In this document: in pieces, positions 8,641 through 18,627 of the stretch
How positions within the stretch are numbered: position 1 is the first letter of the stretch
Layout: each line of letters opens with the position of its first letter
NCBI GenBank assembly: GCA_965203485.1
Contig: OZ241892.1
Span: forward strand, 1,632,001 to 1,696,000
Length of the DNA stretch: 64,000 nucleotides
Source: Longimicrobiales bacterium
Lineage (GTDB): Bacteria > Gemmatimonadota > Gemmatimonadetes > Longimicrobiales > Gaopeijiaceae
Direction: 5' to 3'
Notes under the pieces: generated by a model
What the model was told of the DNA's origin: nothing
Database searches by the model: none
What the model saw: only the letters and a program-made list of their open reading frames with translations
Made by a program: the position numbers and the translations under genes

Positions 8641-10482
8641 TCAGGAGCCCCGCGCCCGCGCCCAGGCGGTGCTCCGGCCTGCCAGAATGTGCTCGTGCAA
8701 CGTCTGCACCGTGTCTTGCGCGATCCCGTGGCGGGCGCGCAGGTAGTAGTCGGCCGTCTTCGCCACCAGGGGCGCCGCCGTCTCCGAGCCGCTGTCGCCG
8801 AACTCGACCAGCGCGACCACGACGATCTCGGGCTGTGCGTTCGGCGGCCCCGCTATGCCCGCGAACCACGCGTGGTTGGGCTGTCCGCCGCCGGTCTCCG
8901 CCGTGCCGGTCTTGCCCATTAGATCGAAGTGCTCCAGCGAGGACAGGTGCGCAGTGCCGCCGGGGCCCGTCACGCGCCGCATGCCCTCGCGAATCGCCTC
9001 GAGGCTCCCGTGGGACATGTCGAGACGCCAGCTCTCGGGGGCGGCTCCGGCTCGGCGCAGCATCGGGGCCGGAGCCGATCCGTCGCGGGCTACGGCCAAC
9101 ATGAATTGCGCCATCTTGAGCGGCGTCTGGGCGTTCGGGCCCTGGCCCAAGATCAAGTTCAGCACTTCGCCTTCGCCTGCCCGGTACCCGAATTGCCGGT
9201 CCCAGAACTCGACGCCGTCCGGGAAGGTGCCGTCGGCTTCCTGGGGCAGGTCGATGCCCGTGCCGCGGCCGAACCCCATGCGGTTCGCTCCCTCCAGGAG
9301 GCGCTCGAGGCCGAGGGCCAAGCCGAGCTGGTAGAAGTAGACGTTGCAGGAGTGCTGCACGGCCCCGACCAGGTCGAGCCGCCCGTGCCCCTCGGGCTTC
9401 CAGCAACGGAACGCGCGGTTGCCGAACTTGAACGCGCCGTCGCAAGGCTCGGGGAAGTAGTCGGACACTCCCGTCACGCCGGCCTCGAGTCCCAGAGCGG
9501 CCCCCACCAGCTTCCAGGGCGAACCGGGCGGGTACTTGCCCATCAGGGCACGGTTGTACAGCGGGCTGGAGGGGTCCGTGCTCAGACGGGCCCAATCCTC
9601 GGGAGCCACCACGCCCGCGAACACGTTCGGGTCGAACGCCGGCTTCGAGTACATTGCCAGGACCCCGCCCGTCTCCACGTCGAGCGCCACCACCGCGCCG
9701 TTGAGTTCGGACGGAAAGATGTGGTCGATCCACTGCATGAGGTCGAGGTCGAGGTGCAGGTCGACGTCGCCGCCGGGCGAGGCGCCCACTTCGGCCACGC
9801 CTTCGAAGGAGCCAACGATCCGCCCCCGCACGTCCACTTCCACGTAGCGCGTGCCCGACCGCCCCTGCAGGCGGCGCTCATAGAACGCTTCCACGCCGGT
9901 GCGGCCCACGATCGTTCCCGGTTCGGCGGAGGCGAAGCGCGCCAATCCCAGCTCCGCCTCGTTGATCTCGCCGACGTAGCCGATCACGTGCGCCCCTACG
10001 GGGCCGGCGGGATACCGGCGCTTCGGGCGCGACTCCAGGAAGACGCGCGGGAAGGCGGACCGTCTTTCCTCGATCGCCGCGACGGTTGCGAAGGGAACGT
10101 CCACGGCCACGAGGAGCGGCCGCAACGGGCGGGTTCGGGCACGCTCGGCGAGCGCTTCCGCCTGCGCGTCCGGCAACTCCAGGTGCTCGCGAAGCCGGCC
10201 GATCGTGGCCAGCATCGAGTCGGTCCCTGCGGGAAGAACCGAGATCGAGTGGCCCGGAACGTTGTCCGCCAGCGCGCGTCCCGCGTGGTCGCGGACGACG
10301 CCGCGCGCAGGCGGAACCGTCAGCGTCCTGAGGCGGTTGGACTCGGACTGCAGCAGCCAGCCGCTCGCGCCCATGACCTGGATGCGGAAGAACGCCCCGG
10401 CGAGCACGGCCATCAGCGAGGCGATCACGGCGCGGGCCACGCGGCCGCGGAGCACGCGCTGGCGGCGGTCTCGGCGTCTCAT
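8641..10482 (-). CDS. mrdA: Penicillin-binding protein 2
   Basis: N-terminal TM, PARG, SxxK (PGSPWK), SCN, KTGTAE; position in mre operon. Confidence 0.93.
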   Translation of the reverse strand: MRRRDRRQRVLRGRVARAVIASLMAVLAGAFFRIQVMGASGWLLQSESNRLRTLTVPPARGVVRDHAGRALADNVPGHSISVLPAGTDSMLATIGRLREHLELPDAQAEALAERARTRPLRPLLVAVDVPFATVAAIEERRSAFPRVFLESRPKRRYPAGPVGAHVIGYVGEINEAELGLARFASAEPGTIVGRTGVEAFYERRLQGRSGTRYVEVDVRGRIVGSFEGVAEVGASPGGDVDLHLDLDLMQWIDHIFPSELNGAVVALDVETGGVLAMYSKPAFDPNVFAGVVAPEDWARLSTDPSSPLYNRALMGKYPPGSPWKLVGAALGLEAGVTGVSDYFPEPCDGAFKFGNRAFRCWKPEGHGRLDLVGAVQHSCNVYFYQLGLALGLERLLEGANRMGFGRGTGIDLPQEADGTFPDGVEFWDRQFGYRAGEGEVLNLILGQGPNAQTPLKMAQFMLAVARDGSAPAPMLRRAGAAPESWRLDMSHGSLEAIREGMRRVTGPGGTAHLSSLEHFDLMGKTGTAETGGGQPNHAWFAGIAGPPNAQPEIVVVALVEFGDSGSETAAPLVAKTADYYLRARHGIAQDTVQTLHEHILAGRSTAWARARGS

Positions 10483-10952
10483 GGCGCCCTCGGCCTCTTG
10501 AGGAACAGAAAGTGCAGCGCCAGCCCCACGACCGCGGCGTAGAGCGCGGCGAGCGGGGCGGCCATCAGGACGCGGTCGGCGAGCGCGGCCCAACCGGCTT
10601 CGTCCGACGCCAGCCAGCGGATCACGTCCACGACCCACTTGCCCACGAAGAAGTAGGAGGCCACGAAGATCACCGAATCGCCCACGAAAAGCTGGCGCGT
10701 GTAGGAAGCGGCCGCGCCCACGGCCGTCAGGGCCAGCGGGCTCGCGCCGAACCCGCGCTCGGTGAACGCGTCCTGCAACAGCCCCAGTCCGAAGCCGAGG
10801 GCGGCGGCGTGGGACATGCGCATCGACCTCCCGGCGACGAGCACCGCCAGGGCGAACAGGTCGGGGGCGACGTCGCCGATGCCGAGCCCGAACCTGATCG
10901 TCAGATGCGCGGTGGCGAGAACCGCCACGACCACCCCGGGGCTCGCGTTCAT
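10479..10952 (-). CDS. mreD: Rod shape-determining protein MreD
   Basis: Hydrophobic 157 aa with PDL and GLLQD motifs between mreC and mrdA. Confidence 0.85.
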   Translation of the reverse strand: MNASPGVVVAVLATAHLTIRFGLGIGDVAPDLFALAVLVAGRSMRMSHAAALGFGLGLLQDAFTERGFGASPLALTAVGAAASYTRQLFVGDSVIFVASYFFVGKWVVDVIRWLASDEAGWAALADRVLMAAPLAALYAAVVGLALHFLFLKRPRAP

Positions 10953-11893
10953 CGCGAGGACCCAGCGCCGGGCGGCGCGTCCCGGCCGGCCTCGGGCGCG
11001 CGAGGACCGCGCGTCCCGGCCGCCTCGTCCGAGCCGACGGATCCCCCAGGATCGCCTGTGGCTTCCGCCTCGGCGGGGTCCGGCTCCGCCTGCTCCCCCA
11101 GGTCGACGAGCGCGTAGGTGGCGGCGCCGGGCTGGACGGCCGGCTCCACGTGGTAGCTCTTGGACCAGCCCGCCATCGTGGCGGCCACCTCCGTGATCCA
11201 GCCGACGAGGATCCCCCGGGCGTAGGTCCCGCCCCGGCCCGAGGTCACCAGCGCCGTCCCCGCCTCAAGGTCGGAAAGATAGGCCGTGCCGGACAGCAGC
11301 AACCGGTCCTGCTCGCGAAACCGTCCGCGTTCGGCCATGACGAGGCCGTGAACCGTTCCGTCGGGCGTCATCGCCGACACGCGGAAGCCGGGATGAGACC
11401 AGTCCAAGGCCGACGCCGAACGGCCGTCCACCCGCTGGACTTGTCCGAGCAGTCCGGCTTCGGTGACCACGGCGTGGAAGGGACGCACGCCGTCGTCCGA
11501 CCCGACCGCGACGCGGAAGACGCTCCCGTCGGCCGCGCCGGAACGAATCACCGGCGTCGCGACGTAGCGTCGCGGCGCGCTCTCGCGCAATCCGAGCAAG
11601 GCCCGCAACTGGCGGTTCTCCTCGGCTAGCACGCGTTGCGCCGCAACCCGCGAGAGCAACGAGTCCATGTGCGCGCGTTGCAGGTCGAAGTCGCGCGCAA
11701 CGGTTCGCGCCTTGGCGTAGGTCACGTTCATGACGACGAACGGGCGCAGCACGGAGCCTCGCAGCGCCTCGCCCAGCCAGTTCTGGGCGCCGCCCGGAAG
11801 CTTCATCAGGATCGCCACGCAAACCAGGAGCCACGCGGTGACGAGCACGTCGATCCGCTTTGCCAGGCGAACGCCGCTGTCTTGGCCTTCCAT
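10949..11893 (-). CDS. mreC: Rod shape-determining protein MreC
   Basis: TM, coiled coil ENRQLRALLGL, GLLGQV, VTSGRGGTYARGILVG. Confidence 0.9.
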   Translation of the reverse strand: MEGQDSGVRLAKRIDVLVTAWLLVCVAILMKLPGGAQNWLGEALRGSVLRPFVVMNVTYAKARTVARDFDLQRAHMDSLLSRVAAQRVLAEENRQLRALLGLRESAPRRYVATPVIRSGAADGSVFRVAVGSDDGVRPFHAVVTEAGLLGQVQRVDGRSASALDWSHPGFRVSAMTPDGTVHGLVMAERGRFREQDRLLLSGTAYLSDLEAGTALVTSGRGGTYARGILVGWITEVAATMAGWSKSYHVEPAVQPGAATYALVDLGEQAEPDPAEAEATGDPGGSVGSDEAAGTRGPRAPEAGRDAPPGAGSSR

Positions 11894-11945
11894 GCTGGTC
11901 CCTCCCCGCCGCTCCGAGGGCCCGGCCCCGACGACGAGCGAAAGC

Positions 11946-12989
11946 TTACGTCATGAGGACGGGGCGGTACTTGTGGAAGTCGTCCAGGATCTCGCCCACG
12001 CCCCTGACGACGCAGCTCATCGGCTCGGGGTCGACGTGGATGGGGAGCCGCGTTTCGCGCTCGATCAGCTTGTCCAGTCCGCGAATCATGGCGCCACCGC
12101 CCGTCATCACGATGCCGTGGTCGACGATGTCGGACGCGAGTTCGGGCGGCACGATCTCGAGCGCGGCGCGGACCGCCTCCACGATGGCGCGAATCGGTTC
12201 CTGAATGCATGCGCGGATCTCGTGCGCGTGCACCAGCACCATCTTCGGGATGCCCGACACCAAGTCCCGGCCCTTGACCTCCATGCCGCGCTCGTCTTCG
12301 GTCTCCATCGCGGAGCCGATCTGCATCTTGATGCCCTCGGCGGTCGGTTCGCCTATCAGCAGGTTGTAGTTCTTGCGAAGGAACGCCACGATCGACGAAT
12401 CCAGCTTGTCGCCCGCGGTCCGGATCGACGTGTCCAGCACTATCCCCGACAACGCGATCACGGCGATCTCGGTGGTGCCCCCGCCTATGTCGATGACCAT
12501 GTTGCCGCGCGGCGTGTCGATCGGGAGCCCGACGCCGACGGCGGCCGCCATGGGCTCGGCGACCATGTAGACGTCCTTGGCGCCGGCCGCCTGGGCGGAC
12601 GAGCGGACTGCGCGCAACTCCAGTTGCGTGATGCCGGAGGGGACGCCCACCACCACTCGCGGCTTCATGCGGAAGATGCGCTTCGCCGTCACTTGGCGAA
12701 GGAAGTGGCGAAGCATCAGCTCGGCGATGTCCACGTCGGCGATCACGCCGTCCTTGAGCGGGCGGATGGCCGTAATTCCCTCCGGCGTGCGCCCCAGCAT
12801 GCGCTTCGCCTCGAGGCCGACTCCCATGATCTGCTTGGTGCCCTGCGTGACGGCGACGACCGAAGGCTCGTTCAGGACAACGCCTTCTCCCCTCACGTAG
12901 ACGAGCGTGTTCGCGGTGCCGAGATCCACGCCGATGTCGCTCGTGGGCACCAGCCGCTTCGAGTCGAACAATCCGGAGAAGTAGGACAA
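11946..12989 (-). CDS. mreB: Actin-like rod shape protein MreB
   Basis: DLGTANT, RPLKDGVIAD, EPMAAA, DIGGGTT, GIVMTGGGA. Confidence 0.96.
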   Translation of the reverse strand: MSYFSGLFDSKRLVPTSDIGVDLGTANTLVYVRGEGVVLNEPSVVAVTQGTKQIMGVGLEAKRMLGRTPEGITAIRPLKDGVIADVDIAELMLRHFLRQVTAKRIFRMKPRVVVGVPSGITQLELRAVRSSAQAAGAKDVYMVAEPMAAAVGVGLPIDTPRGNMVIDIGGGTTEIAVIALSGIVLDTSIRTAGDKLDSSIVAFLRKNYNLLIGEPTAEGIKMQIGSAMETEDERGMEVKGRDLVSGIPKMVLVHAHEIRACIQEPIRAIVEAVRAALEIVPPELASDIVDHGIVMTGGGAMIRGLDKLIERETRLPIHVDPEPMSCVVRGVGEILDDFHKYRPVLMT

Positions 12990-13054
12990 CGCGCGCCGGC
13001 AACCTTAAGTGACGGTCGTGTCGCGAACGGTCGTATCGCGGGGAACCAGCCGGA

Positions 13055-13083
13055 AACATAAGATTCCACAAGCCGTCCGGCAA
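13055..13083 (-). promoter_or_regulatory. Putative sigma-70 promoter of the mre operon
   Basis: Minus strand TTGCCG-N17-TATGTT in an AT-richer patch upstream of mreB. Confidence 0.55.
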
Positions 13084-13135
13084 TGGCGGATCGGCCTCGC
13101 CGCCGGGCGAAGCGCGGCCCAGCCCGGCGCCGCGC

Positions 13136-14686
13136 TCACCGCGCGCCCGTGCTGCCGAACGACCCGGACGCGCGGCTGGTCTCGGAGACCACCTCGGTCT
13201 CCTCGACGGCCGGCGCGAGGAAGCGCCCGAAAACGAGCTGGGCGATCCGGTCGCCGCGCCGGATGTCGAAAGCCTTCTCGCCGGTGTTGCCGAGAAGAAC
13301 CTTGAGTTCGCCGCGATAGTCCGGGTCGATCGTGCCGGGACTGTTCGGCAAGGTGACGCCGTGGCGCGCCGCGAGTCCGGACCGGGGCCGCACCTGGCAT
13401 TCCACGCCGGACGGCAGCTCCATGACCCAGCCGGTCGCGACCGCGTGCGCCGCGCCAGGATCCAGCCGGACATCCTCTGCGGAGCGCACGTCGTAGCCCA
13501 CGGCGTCGCTTGTTGCCCGGGCCGGCAACGGCAAATCGGGATTGGACGGCAGGCGCTTGAAGCGAACCCGGCATTCGCGACCGAAGCCGGCGTCCGCCAG
13601 AGGCGTGCCGAACGCCTCGGCCACTCTTCGGTGCAGGACGCGTCCGGCCGAGACGTTGACGCCCTTCGCCAGCGCCGGGTCCGCCGCGCACGCCCCGCGC
13701 CAGCCCTCGTCCGCGAGACGCAGGGCGTACGGCAACGTCGCGTTGGTGAGCGCCAGGGTCGACGACCTGGGCACGGCCCCGGGCATGTTGCTCACGCCGT
13801 AGTGGACGATGCCGTCCACTACGTACACGGGGTCCTCATGTGTCGTCGGCCGAATCGTCTCCACGCACCCGCCCTGGTCGACGGCCACGTCCACGATGAC
13901 CGATCCGGGCCTCATGCCGGCCAAGTCGGCCCTCTCGACCAAGCGGGGCGCCTTGCCGCCGGCGACCAGCACCGCGCCCACCACCAAGTCGGAGTCGCGC
14001 AACTGCTTCCGGACGGCGTAACGGGTCGAGTAGAGGACCTGCACGTTGCCGGGGAGCATCTCGGCCAGCTGCCTCAAGCGCGGCAACGAGACGTCCATCA
14101 CCGCAACCCGCGCGCCCAGTCCCGCCGCCATCAAGGCCGCGTGCGTGCCCACGACGCCGCCGCCCAAGACCAGCGCCTTGCCCGGCGCCACGCCCGGCAC
14201 GCCGCCCAGGAGGACGCCGGAGCCGCCCGCAGGCCGCCCCAGGTGCTTGGCGCCTTCCTGCACCGCCATCCGTCCGGCCACCTCGCTCATCGGCGTGAGC
14301 AGCGGCAGGTCGCCGTCCGCCGTCTCCACCGTCTCGTACGCGATGGCGGTGGCCCCGCTGTCCAGCACGGCGCGGGTGAGCGGCTCCGAGGCGGCGAAGT
14401 GGAAGTACGTGAAGATCACCTGGCTCTCGCGCATCAGCGGCCATTCCCGCGACACCGGCTCCTTCACCTTCAGGATCATCTCGGCCCGGGCCCAGACCTC
14501 TTCGGCCGTCGTGGCCACGCGCGCGCCGGCGGTTTCGTAGAAGTCGTCCGTGAAGCCGCTCTCGGCGCCGGCGCCGGCCTGCACGAGCACCTCGTGGCCA
14601 GCCTGCGACAGCGCGTCCGCGCCTGCCGGCGTCAGGGCGACGCGGTACTCGTTGTTCTTTACTTCGGTGGGAACGCCGACGAGCAT
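13136..14686 (-). CDS. ald-dut: Alanine dehydrogenase-dUTPase in-frame fusion (516 aa)
   Basis: Ald motifs (VGVPTEVKNNEYRV, KVKEP, FTYFHFAA, GGGVVG, DVAVDQGGC, NMPGAVP) continue without a stop into trimeric dUTPase motifs (GYDV, RPRSGLA, GTIDPDYRGE, GDRIAQLV, GSFGSTG). Confidence 0.9.
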   Translation of the reverse strand: MLVGVPTEVKNNEYRVALTPAGADALSQAGHEVLVQAGAGAESGFTDDFYETAGARVATTAEEVWARAEMILKVKEPVSREWPLMRESQVIFTYFHFAASEPLTRAVLDSGATAIAYETVETADGDLPLLTPMSEVAGRMAVQEGAKHLGRPAGGSGVLLGGVPGVAPGKALVLGGGVVGTHAALMAAGLGARVAVMDVSLPRLRQLAEMLPGNVQVLYSTRYAVRKQLRDSDLVVGAVLVAGGKAPRLVERADLAGMRPGSVIVDVAVDQGGCVETIRPTTHEDPVYVVDGIVHYGVSNMPGAVPRSSTLALTNATLPYALRLADEGWRGACAADPALAKGVNVSAGRVLHRRVAEAFGTPLADAGFGRECRVRFKRLPSNPDLPLPARATSDAVGYDVRSAEDVRLDPGAAHAVATGWVMELPSGVECQVRPRSGLAARHGVTLPNSPGTIDPDYRGELKVLLGNTGEKAFDIRRGDRIAQLVFGRFLAPAVEETEVVSETSRASGSFGSTGAR

Positions 14687-14744
14687 GGTTTTGCTTCCGC
14701 CGAGTGGAGGGGGTGGACGTGGGGCGTGCTGGAGGGGCCGCGGC

Positions 14745-16016
14745 TCAACGGCGGTCCGGCTCCGCGCCGCGGGGGCCGAGACAGAGGAGGTTCTCGCGGC
14801 CGGGCCGAAACGCGGTCTGCGCAACGCGGACGACATCGTCCGCCGACACGGCGTCGACGCGCCGTTCGAGTTCGTCGAGGGGCAGGAACGGCAAATCGTG
14901 CAGGGCCAGGTCGGCAAGCCGGTGAAGCCGGCCGCCCGGCGACTCCAGAGCCAGCAGGAGCTGGCCCTTGACCTGCTCCTTGGCGGCCCAGAGCTCGTCG
15001 TCCGGCAGACCGCCCGGCAGGAGTTCGGCCAGGACCCCGGAGAGCGCGTCCGTGGCTTCGGCGACGCACTCCGGACGGGTCGCCAAGTACGCGCCCGCCA
15101 TCCCGGCCCGCGCGTAGGCCGAATGGAAGGAATGCACCGAGTAGGCGAGGCCCAGGTCCTCTCGGATCCGCTGGAAGAGCCGGGAGCTCATGCCGCCGCC
15201 GAGCGCGGTCGAAAGCAGCAGGGCGGCGTAGCGGTCCGGGTGCGCGCGTCCGGGCGCGGGCCACCCCGCCACGACGTGCACCTGGGCTCCGTCGCGCTCC
15301 ACCCAGCGCGTGGCAGGCTCGGGAGCGGCCGGAACCTCCGCCGGCGGAGCGCGGACGCCCGCGGGCAGATCGCCGAACGCCCGCCCGGCAAGCTCCAGGA
15401 GCGCGTCGTGGTCCAGTCGGCCGGCCGCGGCAACGACGAGGTTGGCGCCCTGGCGGTATCCGTGGTGCTGGCGGCGGAGGTCGTCCCCGCCGAGGGCCGC
15501 CAGCGATTCGGAGGCGCCCAGAATGGGACGGCCGTACGGGTGGTCCCCCCAGAACTCGAGACCATGGAACTCGAAGACCAGGTCGTCGGGCGTGTCCTGC
15601 ACGGTCGCGATCTCTTCGGCGACCACGTCCTTCTCGCGGTCCAGGTCCTCTTGGCGCAACGAGGGACGGCGCACCAGGTCGGCCAGGACGTCGACGGCGG
15701 CGGAGAGTCGCCGGGCGGGCGCGCGCGCCAAGTAGCAGGTGTGCTCGCGGGCCGTGTACGCGTCCAAGGATCCGCCGATGCTCTCGAGCGAGAGCGCGAT
15801 GTCGCGGGCCGAGCGTGTCGCCGTGCCCTTGAAGACCATGTGCTCCAGCAGATGGGCTGCGCCCCCGAGCCCGGGCGGGTCGTGCACGGCGCCTTGCCGC
15901 ACCCACACGCCCACCGCCGCCGAACGGATCGCGTCCATCTGCTCGGAGAGCACCCGCACGCCATTGTCCAGCGTATTCGAGCGGAACGATCCGCCGGGCG
16001 AGACCGCCGCGGCCAT
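14745..16016 (-). CDS. M16 family (pitrilysin-like) zinc peptidase
   Basis: Inverted zincin HLLEHMVFKGT, GGGMSSRLFQRIREDLGLAYSV. Confidence 0.92.
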   Translation of the reverse strand: MAAAVSPGGSFRSNTLDNGVRVLSEQMDAIRSAAVGVWVRQGAVHDPPGLGGAAHLLEHMVFKGTATRSARDIALSLESIGGSLDAYTAREHTCYLARAPARRLSAAVDVLADLVRRPSLRQEDLDREKDVVAEEIATVQDTPDDLVFEFHGLEFWGDHPYGRPILGASESLAALGGDDLRRQHHGYRQGANLVVAAAGRLDHDALLELAGRAFGDLPAGVRAPPAEVPAAPEPATRWVERDGAQVHVVAGWPAPGRAHPDRYAALLLSTALGGGMSSRLFQRIREDLGLAYSVHSFHSAYARAGMAGAYLATRPECVAEATDALSGVLAELLPGGLPDDELWAAKEQVKGQLLLALESPGGRLHRLADLALHDLPFLPLDELERRVDAVSADDVVRVAQTAFRPGRENLLCLGPRGAEPDRR

Positions 16017-16034
16017 CGCGTTCGCGGCTCGCCG

Positions 16035-18161
16035 TCAGGCCGGGCTCCCGGCTCCCCCGGCGGCGCGGCTCTCTTCCCGCCCGGCCGCCTTCAAGGAGAG
16101 CCGCATGCGCCCCTTCTCGTCGATCGACAGCAGCTTCACGCGGACCACGTCGCCTCGTTGCACCACGTCCTCGGTCTTGCCGACCCGCTGGTCCGAGAGC
16201 TCCGAGATGTGGCAGAGTCCTTCGACCCCGGGCATGATCTCGACGAAAGCGCCGAAGGTCGTCGTGTTCTTGACCGGGCCTTCGTAGATGCGGCCCACTT
16301 CGGGGTCCTGCGCGATCGCCTCGACCATCTCGCGAGCTCGGTCGCCGGCTTCCTGCGAGACCGCCGCAATCTTCACGGTGCCGTCGTCGTCAACTTCGAT
16401 CGTGGCGCCCGTGTCGTCTTGGATCGCCCTGATGTTCTTGCCCTTGGGTCCTATGATGTCGCCGATCTTCTGCGGGTTCACGCGGATGGCCACGATGCGC
16501 GGCGCGTGCGGGGAGAGGTCCGCGCGCGGCGCGGCGAGCGCCGCGTCCATCTCGCCCAGGATGTGCATCCGGCCCTTGCGGGCGCGCTCGAGCGCGTCGG
16601 CGAGGACTTCGGTCGTCAGCCCTTCGATCTTGATGTCCATCTGAATCGACGTGACGCCCTTGCGCGTGCCCGCCACCTTGAAGTCCATGTCGCCCAGCGC
16701 GTCCTCGAGTCCCAGGATGTCCGTGAGCACCTCGAAGCGGCCGTCGTGCGCTACGAGTCCCATGGCCACGCCCGCGCATGCGGCGCGCAACGGCACGCCG
16801 GCGTCCATGAGCGACAGCGACGCGGAGCACACGGACGCCATCGACGACGAGCCGTTCGACTCCAGGATGTCGGAGACGATGCGGATCGTGTAGGGGAACT
16901 CGTCCGGGTCGGGCAGCAACGGGCGAATCGCGCGTTCGGCCAGGGCTCCGTGCCCCTTCTCGCGCCTCGAAGTCGCGCGGATCGGACGCGCCTCCCCGAC
17001 GGAGAACGGCGGGAAGTTGTAGTGGAGCATGAATGCCTTGGTGACCTGTTCCGCGGAGTCGATGGAGTCGATTCTCTGCTCGTCGCGCGACGTGCCCAGC
17101 GTCACCACGCCCAGCGACTGCGTCTCGCCCCGGGTGAAGAGCGCGGAGCCGTGAGTCCGGGGAAGCACTCCGGTCTCGCAGCCGACCGGACGGACATCGT
17201 CGGGCCCTCGCCCGTCGGCGCGCACGCCCTCTTCGAGGATCCGCGCCCGCACATGCTTCTTCTCCAACCCCCGCAAGACGTCGCGCACCGCGTCCGGCGG
17301 CGCTTCCACGCCGGGAGCGTCCTCTGCCAGGCGCGCCGCCACCTCGGCGGCCACCGACGCCAATGCGGCGTTCCGCTCCCGCTTGTCCGCGATCCGCGCG
17401 CCTTCGGCCACGCGCCCGTCCGCCAGCGCCTCCACGCGCTCCCGCAGGTCCGCGGCCACCGCCTTGGGCTCCCACGTCATCTCGGGCTGCCGGCGCGCCT
17501 CGATCAGTTCCTGCTGGAACTCGACCAGCTCCTGAATCGCCTGATGAGCCACGCCGAGGCCCTCGAGTATCTCGGTCTCCGGGACCTCGACCGCGCCGCC
17601 CTCCACCATCGTGATGGCCTTGGCGGAGCCAGCGACCACGATGTCCACGTCGGCGTATTCGAGCTGGCGGAAGGTGGGGTTGACCACCCAGTTGCGCTGG
17701 ATTCTCCCGATGCGCACCGCCGCCACCGGCGTGCGGAACGGAACGGCGGACGAGTTGAGGGCCACCGACGCGCCCAAGAGCGCCAGCACGTCGGCGTCGT
17801 TCTCCTGGTCGGCGCTCAGGATCGACGCGTGCACCTGCGTCTCGTGGAAGTAGCCGTCCGGAAACAGCGGACGGAGCGCCCGGTCCGTAAGCCGCGCCGC
17901 AAGAACTTCCTTTTCCTGCGGCGCCCCCTCGCGCTTGAAGAAGCCGCCGGGGATCTTGCCGCCGGCGTACGCCTTTTCGCGGTACTCGACCGTGAGGGGG
18001 AAGAAGGGCAGCGTCGTGGGCCTGTCTTGGGCGGTCGCCGTGACGAGCACGACGGTCTCGCCGAATTCCACGAGACAGGCGCCATGCGCCAAGCGGGCCA
18101 TGCGGCCCGATTCCAGCGCCAATCGCCTCCCGGCGAACTGGCGTTCAATTCTGTGCGTCAT
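16035..18161 (-). CDS. pnp: Polyribonucleotide nucleotidyltransferase
   Basis: FFPLTVEYRE, GKIPGGFFKRE, RTHGSALFTRGETQ, ESNGSSSMA, GDMDFKVAGT, KH and S1 domains. Confidence 0.97.
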   Translation of the reverse strand: MTHRIERQFAGRRLALESGRMARLAHGACLVEFGETVVLVTATAQDRPTTLPFFPLTVEYREKAYAGGKIPGGFFKREGAPQEKEVLAARLTDRALRPLFPDGYFHETQVHASILSADQENDADVLALLGASVALNSSAVPFRTPVAAVRIGRIQRNWVVNPTFRQLEYADVDIVVAGSAKAITMVEGGAVEVPETEILEGLGVAHQAIQELVEFQQELIEARRQPEMTWEPKAVAADLRERVEALADGRVAEGARIADKRERNAALASVAAEVAARLAEDAPGVEAPPDAVRDVLRGLEKKHVRARILEEGVRADGRGPDDVRPVGCETGVLPRTHGSALFTRGETQSLGVVTLGTSRDEQRIDSIDSAEQVTKAFMLHYNFPPFSVGEARPIRATSRREKGHGALAERAIRPLLPDPDEFPYTIRIVSDILESNGSSSMASVCSASLSLMDAGVPLRAACAGVAMGLVAHDGRFEVLTDILGLEDALGDMDFKVAGTRKGVTSIQMDIKIEGLTTEVLADALERARKGRMHILGEMDAALAAPRADLSPHAPRIVAIRVNPQKIGDIIGPKGKNIRAIQDDTGATIEVDDDGTVKIAAVSQEAGDRAREMVEAIAQDPEVGRIYEGPVKNTTTFGAFVEIMPGVEGLCHISELSDQRVGKTEDVVQRGDVVRVKLLSIDEKGRMRLSLKAAGREESRAAGGAGSPA

Positions 18162-18257
18162 TCTCTCTTCCGAGGTTGCCGCCGGGAAGCGGCGGCGAGT
18201 AGTTGCGCGCCAACGGGAAGGAAGCGCGGCGGCTTGGCCGCCTGCGCTCGCTCTCGC

Positions 18258-18515
18258 TCAATGGCGCAAGCCGAGGTCTTTGATCAGCTCCCGGTACCGC
18301 TCCACGTCGGTGCGCTTCAGGTACTCCAGGAGACGCCTCCTGCGCCCGACCATCTTCAACAGGCCCCGGCGGCTGTGATGGTCGTGCTTGTGAGCGTCGA
18401 AGTGCGCGCGGAGGTGATCGATCCTGGCCGTCAACAGGGCCACCTGGGCGGACGCGCCGCCCGGTCCCTTGCCGTCTTCGTGCTTGCCGATGATTTCCGC
18501 TTTGTCGATTCCCAT
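18258..18515 (-). CDS. rpsO: 30S ribosomal protein S15
   Basis: [12 protein letters not shown]...[25 protein letters not shown]...LGLR. Confidence 0.96.
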   Translation of the reverse strand: MGIDKAEIIGKHEDGKGPGGASAQVALLTARIDHLRAHFDAHKHDHHSRRGLLKMVGRRRRLLEYLKRTDVERYRELIKDLGLRH

Positions 18516-18627
18516 GCGATTCCGTGCTCGGCGCGCCTTGCGCTTCGCCGACTGGGGCGCACCGGCGGCCGGTCCGTCTCGGCGCGCGCGTCTCCGTTCC
18601 GCGAACAGCAACCCGTAAAGCTAACCC

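Noticed and set aside
6524..9733. 1069-aa ORF ending in AccD, and similar long extensions of infB, murA, pyrH and dxr
   Set aside because: The extensions overlap real genes in another frame and are Arg/Gly/Pro-rich noise
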